Positions 8,724 through 19,023 of a stretch of DNA of 43,360 nt are shown one piece after another. A model generated the notes under the pieces. The model saw only the letters and a program-made list of their open reading frames with translations. It was not told the origin of the DNA and did no database searches. Every line of letters begins with the position of its first letter. Position 1 is the stretch's first letter. Origin of the DNA: an uncultured archaeon (GTDB lineage: Archaea > Iainarchaeota > Iainarchaeia > Iainarchaeales > Iainarchaeaceae); assembly GCA_964372565.1 (NCBI GenBank), contig CAYJRH010000002.1, positions 1 through 43,360 of the forward strand, read 5' to 3'. The translations under genes were made by a program, and so were the position numbers.

Positions 8724-10829
8724 ATGCTGAAGCTCGTCATCGCCGAAAAGTCCATCGCAGGAAGGAACATTGCGCAGCTTCTCGCCGGCAAAAGCGTTCC
8801 CGCTTCTATGGAAGGCAAGGCGCAGGTCTTCCGCTTCACAATCGGCGCTGAAGATTGGGTCGTGGTCCCGCTGCGCGGCCACATTTCCGATGTCGAATTC
8901 CCGAAAAAGTACAGCTACTGGGTCGGCACCGATTTGAAAAAGCTGGTTGACGCCGAAATCGAGTACACGGGCACCGAAGCCGAAATAATACACGGGCTCA
9001 AGTCCCTTGCGAAAAGCGCCGACGAAGTCGTAATTGCAACCGATGCGGACCGCGAGGGCGAGAGCATCGGAGTAGAGGCCCTCAACTACCTCAAGGCATC
9101 CAACCCGGAAATCAGGGCAAAGCGCGCCTACTTCTCCGCAATAACAAAGAAGGACATTACCGACGCATTCGCAAAGCTCGCTGAAGTGGATTACAATTTT
9201 GCCGATTCCGCGGATTCGCGCCGAGAGATAGATTTGATCTGGGGCGCGGTGCTCACGCGTTTCCTGTCGCTTGTTTCGGGGAAGCTCGGCAAGGATTACC
9301 TGAGCGTCGGGAGGGTGCAGAGCCCCACGCTCGCCCTGATAGTTGAACGGGAAAAGGAAAGGCTCGCTTTCAGGAAAAAAACCTACTGGGAACTTAAAGC
9401 GATTTTCGAGAAGGATTCAAAAAAATTCGAGGCCGAGCACAGGAAAGGCAAATTCTGGGGGAAAAGCGAGGCCGAGGCAATCCACCTCCAGAAGCACACC
9501 CACGGCACGGTAAAGGGCATCAAGCGCCAGAAGCGCGTGCTGAAGAAACCTACGCCATTCAACACGACCGATTTCCTGAGGCAGGCGACTTCGATAGGCT
9601 TCTCCGCCGCACAGGCAATGGATTCCGCCGAGCGCCTCTACCAGATGGGCTACACTTCATATCCCCGCACCGACAACACGGTTTATTCGGCAACCTTGGG
9701 CCTTCGCGAAGTTCTTGGGGAATTGTCCAAAGTAAGCGAGTTCAGGAAGGATTCCGAGGCCCTGCTGGCGAGGAAAGCCCTCGGGCCCTCGAGAGGCAAG
9801 AAGGAAACAAAGGACCACCCGCCTATACACCCGGTCACTGCCGCGCCGAAGGAAAAGCTGAGCGGGCATGACTGGAAAATTTATGAGCTGATTTGCCGCA
9901 GGTTCCTCGCGACGCTTTCGGATGACGCGGTAACCGAAAATCTCGCAGTGGAAATTTTCCTCGGAAGCGAGCCATTTGTCGCGCACGGCCAGAAAATCCT
10001 GGAGCAGGGCTGGAAAGCCGTTTACCCCTATTCGGAAATCACCGAAGTCATTTTGCCGGAGCTCAGGGAGGGCGAGAGCGTGAAGCTTGACAGGCTTGAC
10101 ATGCTTGAAAAGGAAACCCAGCCTCCTTCGCGCTACAGCCAGTCAACGCTCCTCAAACTTATGGAGGATTTGGGAATCGGCACGAAAAGCACGAGGCATT
10201 CAATCATCCAGAAGCTCTACGGCCGCCAGTATATTTCAGGCATCAAGGCGATCGAGCCGAACAAGATCGCCTTTGCGGTTGTCGATTCGCTGGAAAAGCA
10301 TGAGGTCGATGCGGTAAAGCCGGAGATGACTTCGTTTTTGGAGAAGGAGATGGACAAGGTTGCCGCGGGGAAAAAATCCAAGGCCGAGGTTGTGAACGGT
10401 TCGAGGGCGCTCCTCATGAAGGTGCTCGAGAAAATGCTCAAGAGCAAGGATGAAATCGGGTCAGAGCTGCGCTCCGCGCTCCGCAGCGATTCCATTGTCG
10501 GGAAATGCGGCAAGTGCGAGGGCGGCCTGCTGCGCGTGCTCATCAGCAAAAACAGGAAGCGTTTCCTCGGGTGCACAAATTACCCGAAATGCACGAACAC
10601 GTTCCCGCTCCCGCAAAAAGGGAAAATGGAGGTTCTCGGCACGGTTTGCGAAAAATGCGGCACCCCCAAAATCAAAATCATCGGCCAGCGCTACAGGTTC
10701 GAGATGTGCGTCAACCCAGAATGCGAGACAAAGGCCGAGTGGAAGGCGCGGGCAGCGGCGAAAGCGCAGGCTTCTGTATCGGCTGATGAAAATGCAAAAG
10801 TCGCCAAACCCGAAAGTAATGCCGAGTGA
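8724..10829 (+). CDS. topA: DNA topoisomerase, type IA (archaeal topoisomerase I/III-like)
   Basis: Toprim domain (KLVIAEKSIAGRNIA, ATDADREGESIG). Active-site Tyr context GYTSYPRTDN. C-terminal Cys4 zinc ribbons (CGKCEGG...LGCTNYPKC; CEKCGTP...CVNPEC). ATG at 8724 preferred over the ORF-track start at 8697. Confidence 0.9.
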   Translation: MLKLVIAEKSIAGRNIAQLLAGKSVPASMEGKAQVFRFTIGAEDWVVVPLRGHISDVEFPKKYSYWVGTDLKKLVDAEIEYTGTEAEIIHGLKSLAKSADEVVIATDADREGESIGVEALNYLKASNPEIRAKRAYFSAITKKDITDAFAKLAEVDYNFADSADSRREIDLIWGAVLTRFLSLVSGKLGKDYLSVGRVQSPTLALIVEREKERLAFRKKTYWELKAIFEKDSKKFEAEHRKGKFWGKSEAEAIHLQKHTHGTVKGIKRQKRVLKKPTPFNTTDFLRQATSIGFSAAQAMDSAERLYQMGYTSYPRTDNTVYSATLGLREVLGELSKVSEFRKDSEALLARKALGPSRGKKETKDHPPIHPVTAAPKEKLSGHDWKIYELICRRFLATLSDDAVTENLAVEIFLGSEPFVAHGQKILEQGWKAVYPYSEITEVILPELREGESVKLDRLDMLEKETQPPSRYSQSTLLKLMEDLGIGTKSTRHSIIQKLYGRQYISGIKAIEPNKIAFAVVDSLEKHEVDAVKPEMTSFLEKEMDKVAAGKKSKAEVVNGSRALLMKVLEKMLKSKDEIGSELRSALRSDSIVGKCGKCEGGLLRVLISKNRKRFLGCTNYPKCTNTFPLPQKGKMEVLGTVCEKCGTPKIKIIGQRYRFEMCVNPECETKAEWKARAAAKAQASVSADENAKVAKPESNAE

Positions 10830-10836
10830 TGATATT

Positions 10837-11532
10837 TCAATTCCTGTCACGGTATTTTGGCGTGTTTTTCAAAATAGATTTTTTTAGGCCAGGCATTCCC
10901 TTCTTCCAATTTGGCGTCAACCTACCCCTGAATTCATCCATCCATTTTTGCCCATACACTGTCTGATGCGCCAATATGTTCTCATTATATGCCGTTGGCT
11001 TATAGTGTTTTTCGAATTCTGCGGTATCATAGGTTGCCATGTGAAGAGGGAACCCAAAAGTTTTTTCCAGGGATTCGGCTAATGTTTGAATGGAAACCCG
11101 CATCAGTGCAATTTGGTTATGCGATTCATGGCTTAATACTAATTTTGGCGATGAATCGACTATGAATTCGCCTCCCCATTTTGGCTCTGAAATAATTAAA
11201 ATGAGGTCAAGGTCGGATTTTTCTGTTTGGTTTTTCCCTGCGAGAGTGGTCTTCCTTATTCCTGTTTGGGCGCTTCCGCTTAAGAGTAGCGCTACCATCT
11301 TGCCGCCAAGTATTTTCCTTAACTCGGGGAGAACGTATTGCCTGGCAATCAGTTCCCTTGCCACTGATTCTCTAAAAGCTTGCGGCTTGCCTCTTGTCAA
11401 TTTTGTTTCGCCTTGGCGCATGCGTTTTACCGCGTCGAGAAGCTCGTTCTGATTAGGTTTGTATCTAATATTTCGTAAGCCTTTTCCGAGTTTTCGAATA
11501 TTTGAAAGTAATTGTTTGAAACGGTGAAGCAT
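10837..11532 (-). CDS. putative nucleotidyltransferase-domain (Pol-beta superfamily) protein
   Basis: LLSGSAQTGIRK...SDLDLILII matches the GS...[DE].D NTase signature. AT-rich gene. Confidence 0.45.
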   Translation of the reverse strand: MLHRFKQLLSNIRKLGKGLRNIRYKPNQNELLDAVKRMRQGETKLTRGKPQAFRESVARELIARQYVLPELRKILGGKMVALLLSGSAQTGIRKTTLAGKNQTEKSDLDLILIISEPKWGGEFIVDSSPKLVLSHESHNQIALMRVSIQTLAESLEKTFGFPLHMATYDTAEFEKHYKPTAYNENILAHQTVYGQKWMDEFRGRLTPNWKKGMPGLKKSILKNTPKYRDRN

Positions 11533-11599
11533 ATTGAATATTCTTGCTTCAGGGATATAAACCTGTTATTTGCGGAATTCAATAAAACAAGAAAGAGAA

Positions 11600-11658
11600 G
11601 CGGATGGGGTTTTTTGGAAGGTGTCTTCCAGCTTGGTGAGCCTATAACCCCATCCCGC
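11600..11658. repeat. long imperfect inverted repeat (12-bp stem with a one-nt bulge, and an inner 5-bp hairpin) in a divergent intergenic region
   Basis: gcggatggggtt ... aaccccatcccgc, with inner ggaag-gtgt-cttcc. Lies between the divergently transcribed 11532(-) and 11818(+) genes. Confidence 0.5.
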
Positions 11659-11817
11659 TTTGGATTCACTTTTTAGGATTGGATTCCCCCTATTTTCTTT
11701 GCAATCATAATACGCCCTCTATAGTTTATATAATCTCAGTGGCTTTAACTGTCCATTTTTCACACCTATTATTAAATCGGCTGTGCCAAAAGTATATTGA
11801 TTTGCATGGCTGGTGTA

Positions 11818-12342
11818 ATGAAGATGGATGACGAGGTGAGGCTGAACATCCTCGCGGCGCTCCTCAAAACAGGGAGCGTTACCCCTAACCTGAGGCATAT
11901 CCAGAAGCTGACAGGCTACCACAAGGCCACAATAAAATCTTCGATTGATTTCCTCGCGAAAGAGGGGCTGCTGACAGGCTATGGGCCGAAGGTCGATTTC
12001 AGGAAGTTCGATTACAAGCTTGAGGTGCTGACGCTCCTGCAGGTTGACCTTTCGGACAGGGATTTCATGAGGAAATTCCTTGACGAGGTTAAGAAGGACG
12101 AGAACCTTTATTTCCTTTCAGGAATAATAGGCTCGGGGAACTGGAACCTCCTTGCGCGGCACATTTACCGCGACATAGAATCCTACCACAAGGGCGTCGG
12201 CCTGAAGTACTTCGAGAAGCTTCCTGGCATTTACGATTTTGTCAAGGCGCGGGAAATCTTTTATGTCACGGAGCCGTTCTACAAGCTTGATTCGAGGACC
12301 GACTCGCTGATACACTCAATAAGGAAAGCGAGGGGGCTTTGA
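11818..12342 (+). CDS. wHTH transcriptional regulator with Lrp-like C-terminal domain
   Basis: RLNILAALLKTGSVTPNLRHIQKLTGYHKATIKSSIDFLAKEGLL. TATA-like aagtatattgattt lies about 25 nt upstream of the ATG at 11818. The ORF track starts at a TTG (11797). Confidence 0.55.
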   Translation: MKMDDEVRLNILAALLKTGSVTPNLRHIQKLTGYHKATIKSSIDFLAKEGLLTGYGPKVDFRKFDYKLEVLTLLQVDLSDRDFMRKFLDEVKKDENLYFLSGIIGSGNWNLLARHIYRDIESYHKGVGLKYFEKLPGIYDFVKAREIFYVTEPFYKLDSRTDSLIHSIRKARGL

Positions 12343-12343
12343 T

Positions 12344-13147
12344 TTGCGCGTCACGATCGATTTGCGCAGGGGCGTGAAGGAGAACGCCTCCGCATATTTT
12401 GAAGCGGCGAAGAAGGCGAAGCGGAAGCTCGGCGGCCTCAAAAAAGGGGAAGCCGAGCTCGAGCGGAAAATCCTGGCGGAGAGGCAAGGCTCCCTGCCAA
12501 AGGAAACCCTTCTAAAAATCAGGCGCGAGCGCAAATGGCATGAAAAGTTCCACTGGTTCTTCACAAGCGAGGGCTTTCTCGTGATTTCGGGCAGGGACGC
12601 GAGGGGCAACGATGATGTTGTAAAAAGGCACATGGGGGCGGGAGATGTTTATTTCCATGCCGACATCCAGGGTGCGGCGCATACAATCCTGAAATCGGAT
12701 GGCAGGGTTCCCGGCCCGCAATCAAGGGCCGAGGCCGCGATTTTCGCCGCGGTTTTTTCAAAGGCGTGGCAGTTCAAGCTTGCCGCGGTTGACGTTTACT
12801 CCGTGCGCCCCGAGCAGGTTAGCAAAACCGCGCAGAGCGGCGAGTCGATGGGCACTGGCGCGTTCATGATTCGTGGGGAGCGCGAGTGGTTCAGGAAAAC
12901 ACCGCTCGAGTTCGCGGTTGGCTACGCGCAGAAAGGCGGCACTTTCGAAGTTTTTTCAGGGCCGCCTGAAGCGGTCAAAAAGATGGCGGGTTTTTCCCTG
13001 AATGTATCCGTTGGCGGGATGGATAAAGGAGACGCCGCCAAAAAGGCCCTTTCGCTCTTCAGGCAGAATGCGGGAAAATCGGCGCAGTTCTCGCTTGACG
13101 ATATTGTCGCGCTCCTTCCCAGCGGCGGGATTGCGATTTCAGGGTAA
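12344..13147 (+). CDS. short NFACT-R (DUF814) domain protein, RqcH/NEMF-related
   Basis: WFFTSEGFLVISGRDARGNDDVVKRHMGAGDVYFHADIQGAAHTILK is the NFACT RNA-binding domain signature, preceded by a charged coiled-coil. TTG start 1 nt after the upstream stop. Confidence 0.75.
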   Translation: MRVTIDLRRGVKENASAYFEAAKKAKRKLGGLKKGEAELERKILAERQGSLPKETLLKIRRERKWHEKFHWFFTSEGFLVISGRDARGNDDVVKRHMGAGDVYFHADIQGAAHTILKSDGRVPGPQSRAEAAIFAAVFSKAWQFKLAAVDVYSVRPEQVSKTAQSGESMGTGAFMIRGEREWFRKTPLEFAVGYAQKGGTFEVFSGPPEAVKKMAGFSLNVSVGGMDKGDAAKKALSLFRQNAGKSAQFSLDDIVALLPSGGIAISG

Positions 13148-13213
13148 TTTGCAGGAATTTTCGCGCCTTGCCAATTAGTTATATTCTTATTAGTTACCGA
13201 TTTCTCCTTTTGC

Positions 13214-16200
13214 ATGGCTGAAGGAAAGCACAGGCAGGTTTCCCTGCGCGTGGAGGAACCCGACCCTTCGCATGTGGGAAGGAACATTATCACGCTTGAC
13301 AGGCGCACAAAGGAGGACCTCGGCGTCACTTCAGGGGACATTGTAGAAATTGCAGGTTCGCAGAAAACCGCCGCAGTGATATGGCCCGCGCGCCAGGAGG
13401 ACGAGGGCAAGGGCATCATAAGGATGGACAACCTCATCCGCAAGAACGCGGGCGTGGGCCTCGGCGAAAAAGTAAATGTGCAGAAAGCCGAGTTCACCGA
13501 GGCGAAGCGCGTTGTGCTCGCCCCGACGCAGGAAGTGCGCATCATTGCCTCGGGGTATGACCGCATCCTCAAGAAGAATTTCATCGGCAGGCCGCTGAAC
13601 AAGGGCGACCGCGTACTGATAAGCGTGTTCGGCTCGGGCTTCATTTACCAGGTCATCGACACAAACCCGCGTGGCATAGTAAAAGTCACCGATTTCACGC
13701 AATTCGTGCTGAAGGAGGAGCCTGTCAAGGACGGAATAGCAGGGATACCTAAGGTTGCTTACGAGGACATCGGCGGAATGGAGGACCAGGTGCAAAGGGT
13801 GAGGGAGATGATTGAACTGCCCATGAAGCACCCCGAGATTTTCAGGCGCCTCGGCATCAATCCGCCGAAAGGCGTGCTGCTTTACGGGCCCCCTGGAACC
13901 GGGAAAACGCTGCTCGCAAAGGCGGTTGCGAACGAAACGCAGGCGCATTTCATTTCGATATCAAGCCCGAGCATAATGTGTGTTGAAGGAAATACTCCAA
14001 TCCTGACCAACCCCAGGGGTTTTGAGAGCGCGGAAGGGATGTTCTCGGCTGCTTTGAAAAGCGGGACTTTGATAAATGACGGGAAGCTGAAGATTGTGGA
14101 ACTTAAAGAGCCGTTATCCGTATACTCGCTAAACAATGAGCTCAAAATCGAGAAAGGGAAAGTGACCCACCTCACAAAGCTGCGCGCAAAAACTTACAGG
14201 GTCAAAACAAGCTTCGGGGACGAGGTGGTAGTTTCCTCCAACCAGCCATTTGCGATGCTGGATTCTTTTGGTGGCATCGTGTGGAAAATCGCCTCGGAAC
14301 TGAGGGCCGGAGAAAAGATTGCAGTTGCGTCCGCATTGCCCGAAGGCAAGAGCCATGACTTCGGCGATTACCTGCGCGGGTTTCCGGATGCCACCATGGT
14401 AAAAACTTCAGGCGGCGTAAAAAAACTCTCAGCCCTGCGCAAAAATGAAAAAGTCCTGGGAGTGAAAATTGGCCATATGGAGAGGAGCACGGACGGAAAC
14501 TTCATTTCTCTCCCAAAAAAAACCTCGCCGGAACTCATGAGAATACTAGGTTTCATGTATTCCGAAGGGAACATAGATGAGGACGGCCTGCATTTTTCCA
14601 ACAATGACCCTGTTCTGCTTAATGAATTTGCGCAGCTGTGCAAATCAGTTTTCGGCATGAACCCAAAGATAAAGAGTAATCGCGTACATTGCTATTCCAG
14701 AACACTCAGGCATTTCTTTTCAGAAGTGCTTGGCAGCCCCATTGGGAGAAAAGGCAATTACTCCCTTCCAAAATGGTTTTTTTCACTTTCGAAAGAAGAA
14801 ATCGCCTCTTTTATAAGGGGATTTTGGGAAGGTGACGGCACCACAAGTAAGGGAGTCGGCGGCTATCCTACAATAAGGATTTATTCTATCACGAGGGCCG
14901 TGCTTGAACAGTTGTCGGTTTTGGGCAAAAAGCTGGGGCTGATAGCAGAAATCAAGCCATGGAAAACAAAGCTTTCTGACATGTGGGCGCTGACATACGT
15001 TGGGAACAGGTCAAGGGAAATATTCGCTGAACTGATAGAATCCAAAACGAAAAAGTATTCCATTATCAGGAAATGGTACGCCGGGAGAAAGAAGAAAGGC
15101 GATGATTTGAGCATTCCTGACATAAGCCCGCTGCTCAAAAAAATAAAGCCGGAAAAGAATCTCATTTACGGCAAAAACCTCCCGGAAGGGCCGACTGAAC
15201 GGTACATTTCCGGAAGGGACCCGCTGACAGTAAGGAAGCTTGAGGAGATTTGCTCGCTTTTCGGGAATAATGGCAAGCCCTTGGAGAATTTAGCGAATGC
15301 GCAACTTCGGTGGGCGAAGGTCACCAATGTCATTGCAGAAGGCGAAAAGGAATTATTTGACCTCACTGTTGAGCCGTTCAATAATTTCCTTGCTGGCCAT
15401 TCCCTCATGGTGCTGCACAACTCAAAATTCGTCGGCGAGGCCGAGGAGCGCATCCGCGAGGTTTTCAAGGAAGCGGAGAAGAACGCGCCTTCAATAATTT
15501 TTTTCGATGAAATAGACGCGATTGCCCCGAAGCGCGACGAGGTTGTCGGCGAGGTCGAGCGCCGCGTTGTCGCGCAGATACTCTCCGCAATGGACGGGAT
15601 GGAGTCGCGCGGGCAGGTCATTGTCATCGGCGCAACCAACCGCGTCAACAGCATCGACGAGGCGCTGCGCAGGCCCGGCCGTTTCGACCGCGAGATTGAA
15701 ATCGGCGTTCCCTCGAAGAAAGGCAGGCTTGACATACTGCGGATTCACACTCGCGGGATGCCGCTCGCGAAGAACGTTGACCTTGATTATTTCGGCGGAA
15801 TCACGCACGGGTTTGTGGGCGCGGATTTGGAATCGCTGGCAAAGGAATCCGCGATGAAGGCGCTGCGCCGCTACCTGCCGAAAATAAATCTCGAGGAGGA
15901 AACAATTCCGTCAGAGGTCCTCGAATCAATGGAAGTCAAGCGCGAGGACTTCCTCGAGGCATTGAAAGATGTCCAGCCCTCTGCTTTGAGGGAAGTCGCC
16001 ATTGAGGTTCCCAATGTCAAGTGGTCCGACATCGGCGGCCTTCTGGATGTGAAGAACGAGCTGAAGCAGGCCGTTGAATGGCCGCTGAAGAATCCGGAGT
16101 CTTTCCAGAAGATGGGTATCCGGCCGCCGCGTGGCATTTTGCTTTACGGCCCCCCGGGTTGCGGAAAGACCGCCATCGCAAAGGCAATCGCAACAGAGAG

Positions 16201-16843
16201 CGAGGCGAATTTCATCAGCATCAAGGGGCCGCAGCTTTTGAGTCTCTGGGTGGGCGAGAGCGAGAAGGGGATTCGCAAGGTTTTCCAGCGTGCCCGCCAG
16301 GTTTCGCCGGTTGTCATTTTCTTTGACGAGATTGACAGCATAGCCATGAGGCGCGGGATGTCCGCCGATTCGGGCGTAACCGAGAGGATGGTCAACCAGC
16401 TGCTGACAGAGCTCGACGGCGTCGAGGAGCTGAAAGGAGTTGTTTTCATTGCGGCAACAAACAGGCCCGACCTTATCGACCCCGCTCTTTTGAGGCCTGG
16501 AAGGATTGACAAGATTGTGAGGGTGGCTGCCCCGGATTTGGAGTCAAGGAAGGCGATTTTCTCGATACACGCGAAGAACGTGCCGCTTGCTCGCAACGTT
16601 TCGATTGACGACCTCGCTTCGAAGACCGAGGGCTACAGCGGCGCGGACATCGAAGGCCTGATAAGGGAGGCTGCGCTGATTTCCCTTGAAGAGTCGCACT
16701 TCAAGCCCTCCGAAGTCAAGCTTTTGCATTTCGAGGCCGCCATGAAAAAGGTCACGCCCTCGATCTCAAAGGAGACGAGCGACGCCTACGAGGCTTTCAA
16801 GTCAACTGTCGCGCAGGCGTTCAGGCCTTCATATGTGAGATGA
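13214..16843 (+). CDS. cdc48: Cdc48/VCP-like AAA+ ATPase, interrupted by one intein
   Basis: CDC48 N-domain. D1 Walker [17 protein letters not shown]2 Walker [16 protein letters not shown]. Walker [10 protein letters not shown] and VIFFDEIDS. Exteins total 728 aa. Confidence 0.95.
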   Translation: MAEGKHRQVSLRVEEPDPSHVGRNIITLDRRTKEDLGVTSGDIVEIAGSQKTAAVIWPARQEDEGKGIIRMDNLIRKNAGVGLGEKVNVQKAEFTEAKRVVLAPTQEVRIIASGYDRILKKNFIGRPLNKGDRVLISVFGSGFIYQVIDTNPRGIVKVTDFTQFVLKEEPVKDGIAGIPKVAYEDIGGMEDQVQRVREMIELPMKHPEIFRRLGINPPKGVLLYGPPGTGKTLLAKAVANETQAHFISISSPSIMCVEGNTPILTNPRGFESAEGMFSAALKSGTLINDGKLKIVELKEPLSVYSLNNELKIEKGKVTHLTKLRAKTYRVKTSFGDEVVVSSNQPFAMLDSFGGIVWKIASELRAGEKIAVASALPEGKSHDFGDYLRGFPDATMVKTSGGVKKLSALRKNEKVLGVKIGHMERSTDGNFISLPKKTSPELMRILGFMYSEGNIDEDGLHFSNNDPVLLNEFAQLCKSVFGMNPKIKSNRVHCYSRTLRHFFSEVLGSPIGRKGNYSLPKWFFSLSKEEIASFIRGFWEGDGTTSKGVGGYPTIRIYSITRAVLEQLSVLGKKLGLIAEIKPWKTKLSDMWALTYVGNRSREIFAELIESKTKKYSIIRKWYAGRKKKGDDLSIPDISPLLKKIKPEKNLIYGKNLPEGPTERYISGRDPLTVRKLEEICSLFGNNGKPLENLANAQLRWAKVTNVIAEGEKELFDLTVEPFNNFLAGHSLMVLHNSKFVGEAEERIREVFKEAEKNAPSIIFFDEIDAIAPKRDEVVGEVERRVVAQILSAMDGMESRGQVIVIGATNRVNSIDEALRRPGRFDREIEIGVPSKKGRLDILRIHTRGMPLAKNVDLDYFGGITHGFVGADLESLAKESAMKALRRYLPKINLEEETIPSEVLESMEVKREDFLEALKDVQPSALREVAIEVPNVKWSDIGGLLDVKNELKQAVEWPLKNPESFQKMGIRPPRGILLYGPPGCGKTAIAKAIATESEANFISIKGPQLLSLWVGESEKGIRKVFQRARQVSPVVIFFDEIDSIAMRRGMSADSGVTERMVNQLLTELDGVEELKGVVFIAATNRPDLIDPALLRPGRIDKIVRVAAPDLESRKAIFSIHAKNVPLARNVSIDDLASKTEGYSGADIEGLIREAALISLEESHFKPSEVKLLHFEAAMKKVTPSISKETSDAYEAFKSTVAQAFRPSYVR
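13979..15421 (+). mobile_element. intein (481 aa) with LAGLIDADG homing endonuclease domain in cdc48 D1
   Basis: Starts at Cys256 ([10 protein letters not shown]) after ..ISISSPSIM. Ends ..HSLMVLHN followed by +1 Ser (SKFVGEAEE). Block B-like region. LAGLIDADG motifs [14 protein letters not shown] and [14 protein letters not shown]-richer than the exteins. Confidence 0.9.
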
Positions 16844-16905
16844 CGTGCGTATTACGGCATGCCGGCCCCAAGTGAGGCAAAGGTTTTTCGGGCCAATTTT
16901 TTAAT

Positions 16906-17658
16906 TCAATTTGCCCCTACCGGCGCGCTGCAGAGCTCCGCAGTGCTCCCCGTCGCAACCACGATTCCAGTTTCGGGCACGCACTGTTCCTTTGTGGAGA
17001 ATTCCGGTTCGCAGTAAATGAGCTGGAATTCCAGCGGCCCGAAAGTGTTCTGGCCGCGAATCTCCCACGCCTGCCCCCTGTACCTCGTGCCGAGGAAGCT
17101 GTAATCCTGTTCCTCCCAGAGAATCCTCCCTTTTGCATAGTTCGACTGTATTGTTTTATAGGAGCCGTAATTTATCGAGGGCACTTTTACCCATATTGTG
17201 GCCCTGTAAGTGGGTACATTCTCAGTGGTGTTCCTTATCTGGTAGAAGAGGGTGTACTTGTGGACTATCGCGTCGTAATCGCAGAACAAAAGATTCGCGT
17301 CGAATACGAATCTCCTCTGGCTGGGAGACATGCATGATTGGTTGTAAGGGTTCTGCTGTGCGTATGTGCACACGCCGAGCGAGCACGTTCCGTTTGAGTA
17401 GAATGTGGTGCCGATGCACTTGTCCCCGCATGCTACTCCCGCGCATAAATCAGGCACAACAACCGGGCCGGAGCCGTTCTGCCCGCATTTGTCAACGAGC
17501 GTGTATCCAACCGGAACTTCGCAGGGGGTCGTAAACTCCTTGCACGTTCCATCAGGCGAAACCGCCGGAGTAATCACCTGCGCGCACGCTTTTTCCTGTG
17601 AGCACCCCGAAAGCAAGAGAATCAGGGCGGCGGCGCACAACCCAATTAGTATTTTCAT
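16906..17658 (-). CDS. secreted Cys-rich lipoprotein, hypothetical
   Basis: MKILIGLCAAALILLLSGCSQ lipobox signal. Many Cys in the first 110 aa. No known motif. Confidence 0.55.
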   Translation of the reverse strand: MKILIGLCAAALILLLSGCSQEKACAQVITPAVSPDGTCKEFTTPCEVPVGYTLVDKCGQNGSGPVVVPDLCAGVACGDKCIGTTFYSNGTCSLGVCTYAQQNPYNQSCMSPSQRRFVFDANLLFCDYDAIVHKYTLFYQIRNTTENVPTYRATIWVKVPSINYGSYKTIQSNYAKGRILWEEQDYSFLGTRYRGQAWEIRGQNTFGPLEFQLIYCEPEFSTKEQCVPETGIVVATGSTAELCSAPVGAN

Positions 17659-17701
17659 GCTTCAATATCGTGCTTAAGTGCTTAAACTGCTTTTCCGTTT
17701 G

Positions 17702-18319
17702 TCAAATTCCCGCGAAAATTGCCGCAATGAAAGGGAAGAAAAAAACGCCCGCAGCGGCAATGAGGGTTGTGGCGAGCCACGCAGCCTTGTTCCACATGAA
17801 CACCTTGCTCCCGTCAAGCGGGAAAAAAGGAATCATGTTGAACGCGGCGAGGAAAAAGTTCACGTACATCACGGAAAGCAGGATTCCGCCCAAAAATCCA
17901 TTCGCCCCCACTAGCGGGAGCATTGAGCCGAAAACCAGGACTATTGCAAGGTTCGTTGCGGGGCCCGCAAGCGAGATTATCCCGTTTTTCCTCACGCTTA
18001 TATTATTGCCGAAGACATACACCGCTCCCGGGGCGGCGAAAACAAACGCGCCATTGGTGAAAATCGCCAGCCCTATTGCCAGAAGAAGCCCTTCGCGCCA
18101 CGCCCTGAACTCCGCATGGGCGCCGTAATGAATTGCCACATACTTATGTGCGAGTTCGTGGAGTATGAACCCTGTCCCAACGGCAACAAGCATAATAACG
18201 AGTTGTGCCGTGAATTCCGCGGCTCCGGCAGGGCTGAAGATTCGCGTGCCAATCCATGCAAACGCAAAGCTTATTGTGAGCCAGCTGATTATGAGGTCGT
18301 TCATTTCGCGGCTGTTCAT
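17702..18319 (-). CDS. site-2 protease family (peptidase M50) membrane metalloprotease
   Basis: HELAHKYVAIHYG (HExxH) and NMIPFFPLDGSKV (NxxPxxxLDG) within a multi-pass membrane protein. ATG at 18319; the ORF-track start at 18355 is GTG. Confidence 0.88.
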   Translation of the reverse strand: MNSREMNDLIISWLTISFAFAWIGTRIFSPAGAAEFTAQLVIMLVAVGTGFILHELAHKYVAIHYGAHAEFRAWREGLLLAIGLAIFTNGAFVFAAPGAVYVFGNNISVRKNGIISLAGPATNLAIVLVFGSMLPLVGANGFLGGILLSVMYVNFFLAAFNMIPFFPLDGSKVFMWNKAAWLATTLIAAAGVFFFPFIAAIFAGI

Positions 18320-18415
18320 GGCTGAATTGAATTTCAAAACCCATAAAAAACCCACATAATAGATTATTCGGCAATTGACGTACTATTTTTAAATTGTTTT
18401 GAGCGTAATTTCACC

Positions 18416-18610
18416 ATGTTACCGGAATTTCACGATTCCAAAGGCGCATGGGAGCGCGCCCAGGTTTCCATAGAGCTGATAATAGTCCTTGCCGCGGTTG
18501 TTGCAATCGTTTTGCTCCTTGTTTCCCAGCTCCAAAAGACCGCGGAAAAGGGCGCGGACGTTTTCTCGAAAAAATCCGACTCGATTTTCAAGGAAATAGA
18601 TGATATCTGA
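18416..18610 (+). CDS. class III signal peptide (archaeal type IV pilin-like) protein
   Basis: ..WERAQVSIELIIVLAAVVAIVLLLV has the [KR][GA]Q.S.E + hydrophobic helix signature of archaeal prepilins. Confidence 0.6.
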   Translation: MLPEFHDSKGAWERAQVSIELIIVLAAVVAIVLLLVSQLQKTAEKGADVFSKKSDSIFKEIDDI

Positions 18611-19023
18611 TGCCAATCCGCGGACAGGTTTCCCTTGAGCTCCTTGCGCTTGCAGCAGCGGCTTTGGGTATCCTTTCCCTCATTCTCGCCGGTTTTTCCT
18701 CGGCTCGCAGCTCGGCGTTCGCGGCAATTGATTTGCAGGAAGCGCGTGCGTTCGCGCACAGCGCCGAAGCAGCTGCAGGAAACCTCTCGCTTTTGGGCAA
18801 CGGTTCTTCGCTGAGGCTTCACGCTCACGCCCTGAATCCGTGGGGATTTTCAAATTACGGCGGCTCATGTGTCATTGCTGTGGAAAAAAACGGCATCGCT
18901 GAAAAAGAAATAAAACTGCCGGAAGGCATGCGCTGCAATTTCGAGGGCGAAGCGAAAGGCAGCATAGGGTTCTCGCTGCGGAAAATTTCAGGCAACCTTG
19001 TCCTATTCCGTGATTATGGTTAG
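18610..19023 (+). CDS. class III signal peptide (pilin-like) protein
   Basis: MPIRGQVSLELLALAAAALGILSLIL. The start overlaps the upstream stop by 1 nt (tgATG). Confidence 0.6.
   Translation: MPIRGQVSLELLALAAAALGILSLILAGFSSARSSAFAAIDLQEARAFAHSAEAAAGNLSLLGNGSSLRLHAHALNPWGFSNYGGSCVIAVEKNGIAEKEIKLPEGMRCNFEGEAKGSIGFSLRKISGNLVLFRDYG

Noticed and set aside
11600-11658. Inverted repeat considered as a tRNA or tRNA half
   Set aside because: It is only about 59 nt, with no D- or T-arm and no GTTC-type loop. The inner hairpin has a 4-nt loop, incompatible with an anticodon arm.
12922-13644. 240-aa minus-strand ORF spanning the NFACT-R/cdc48 junction
   Set aside because: It is antisense to two well-supported genes and crosses their intergenic promoter. 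It is Ser/Pro/Arg-rich shadow-frame sequence.
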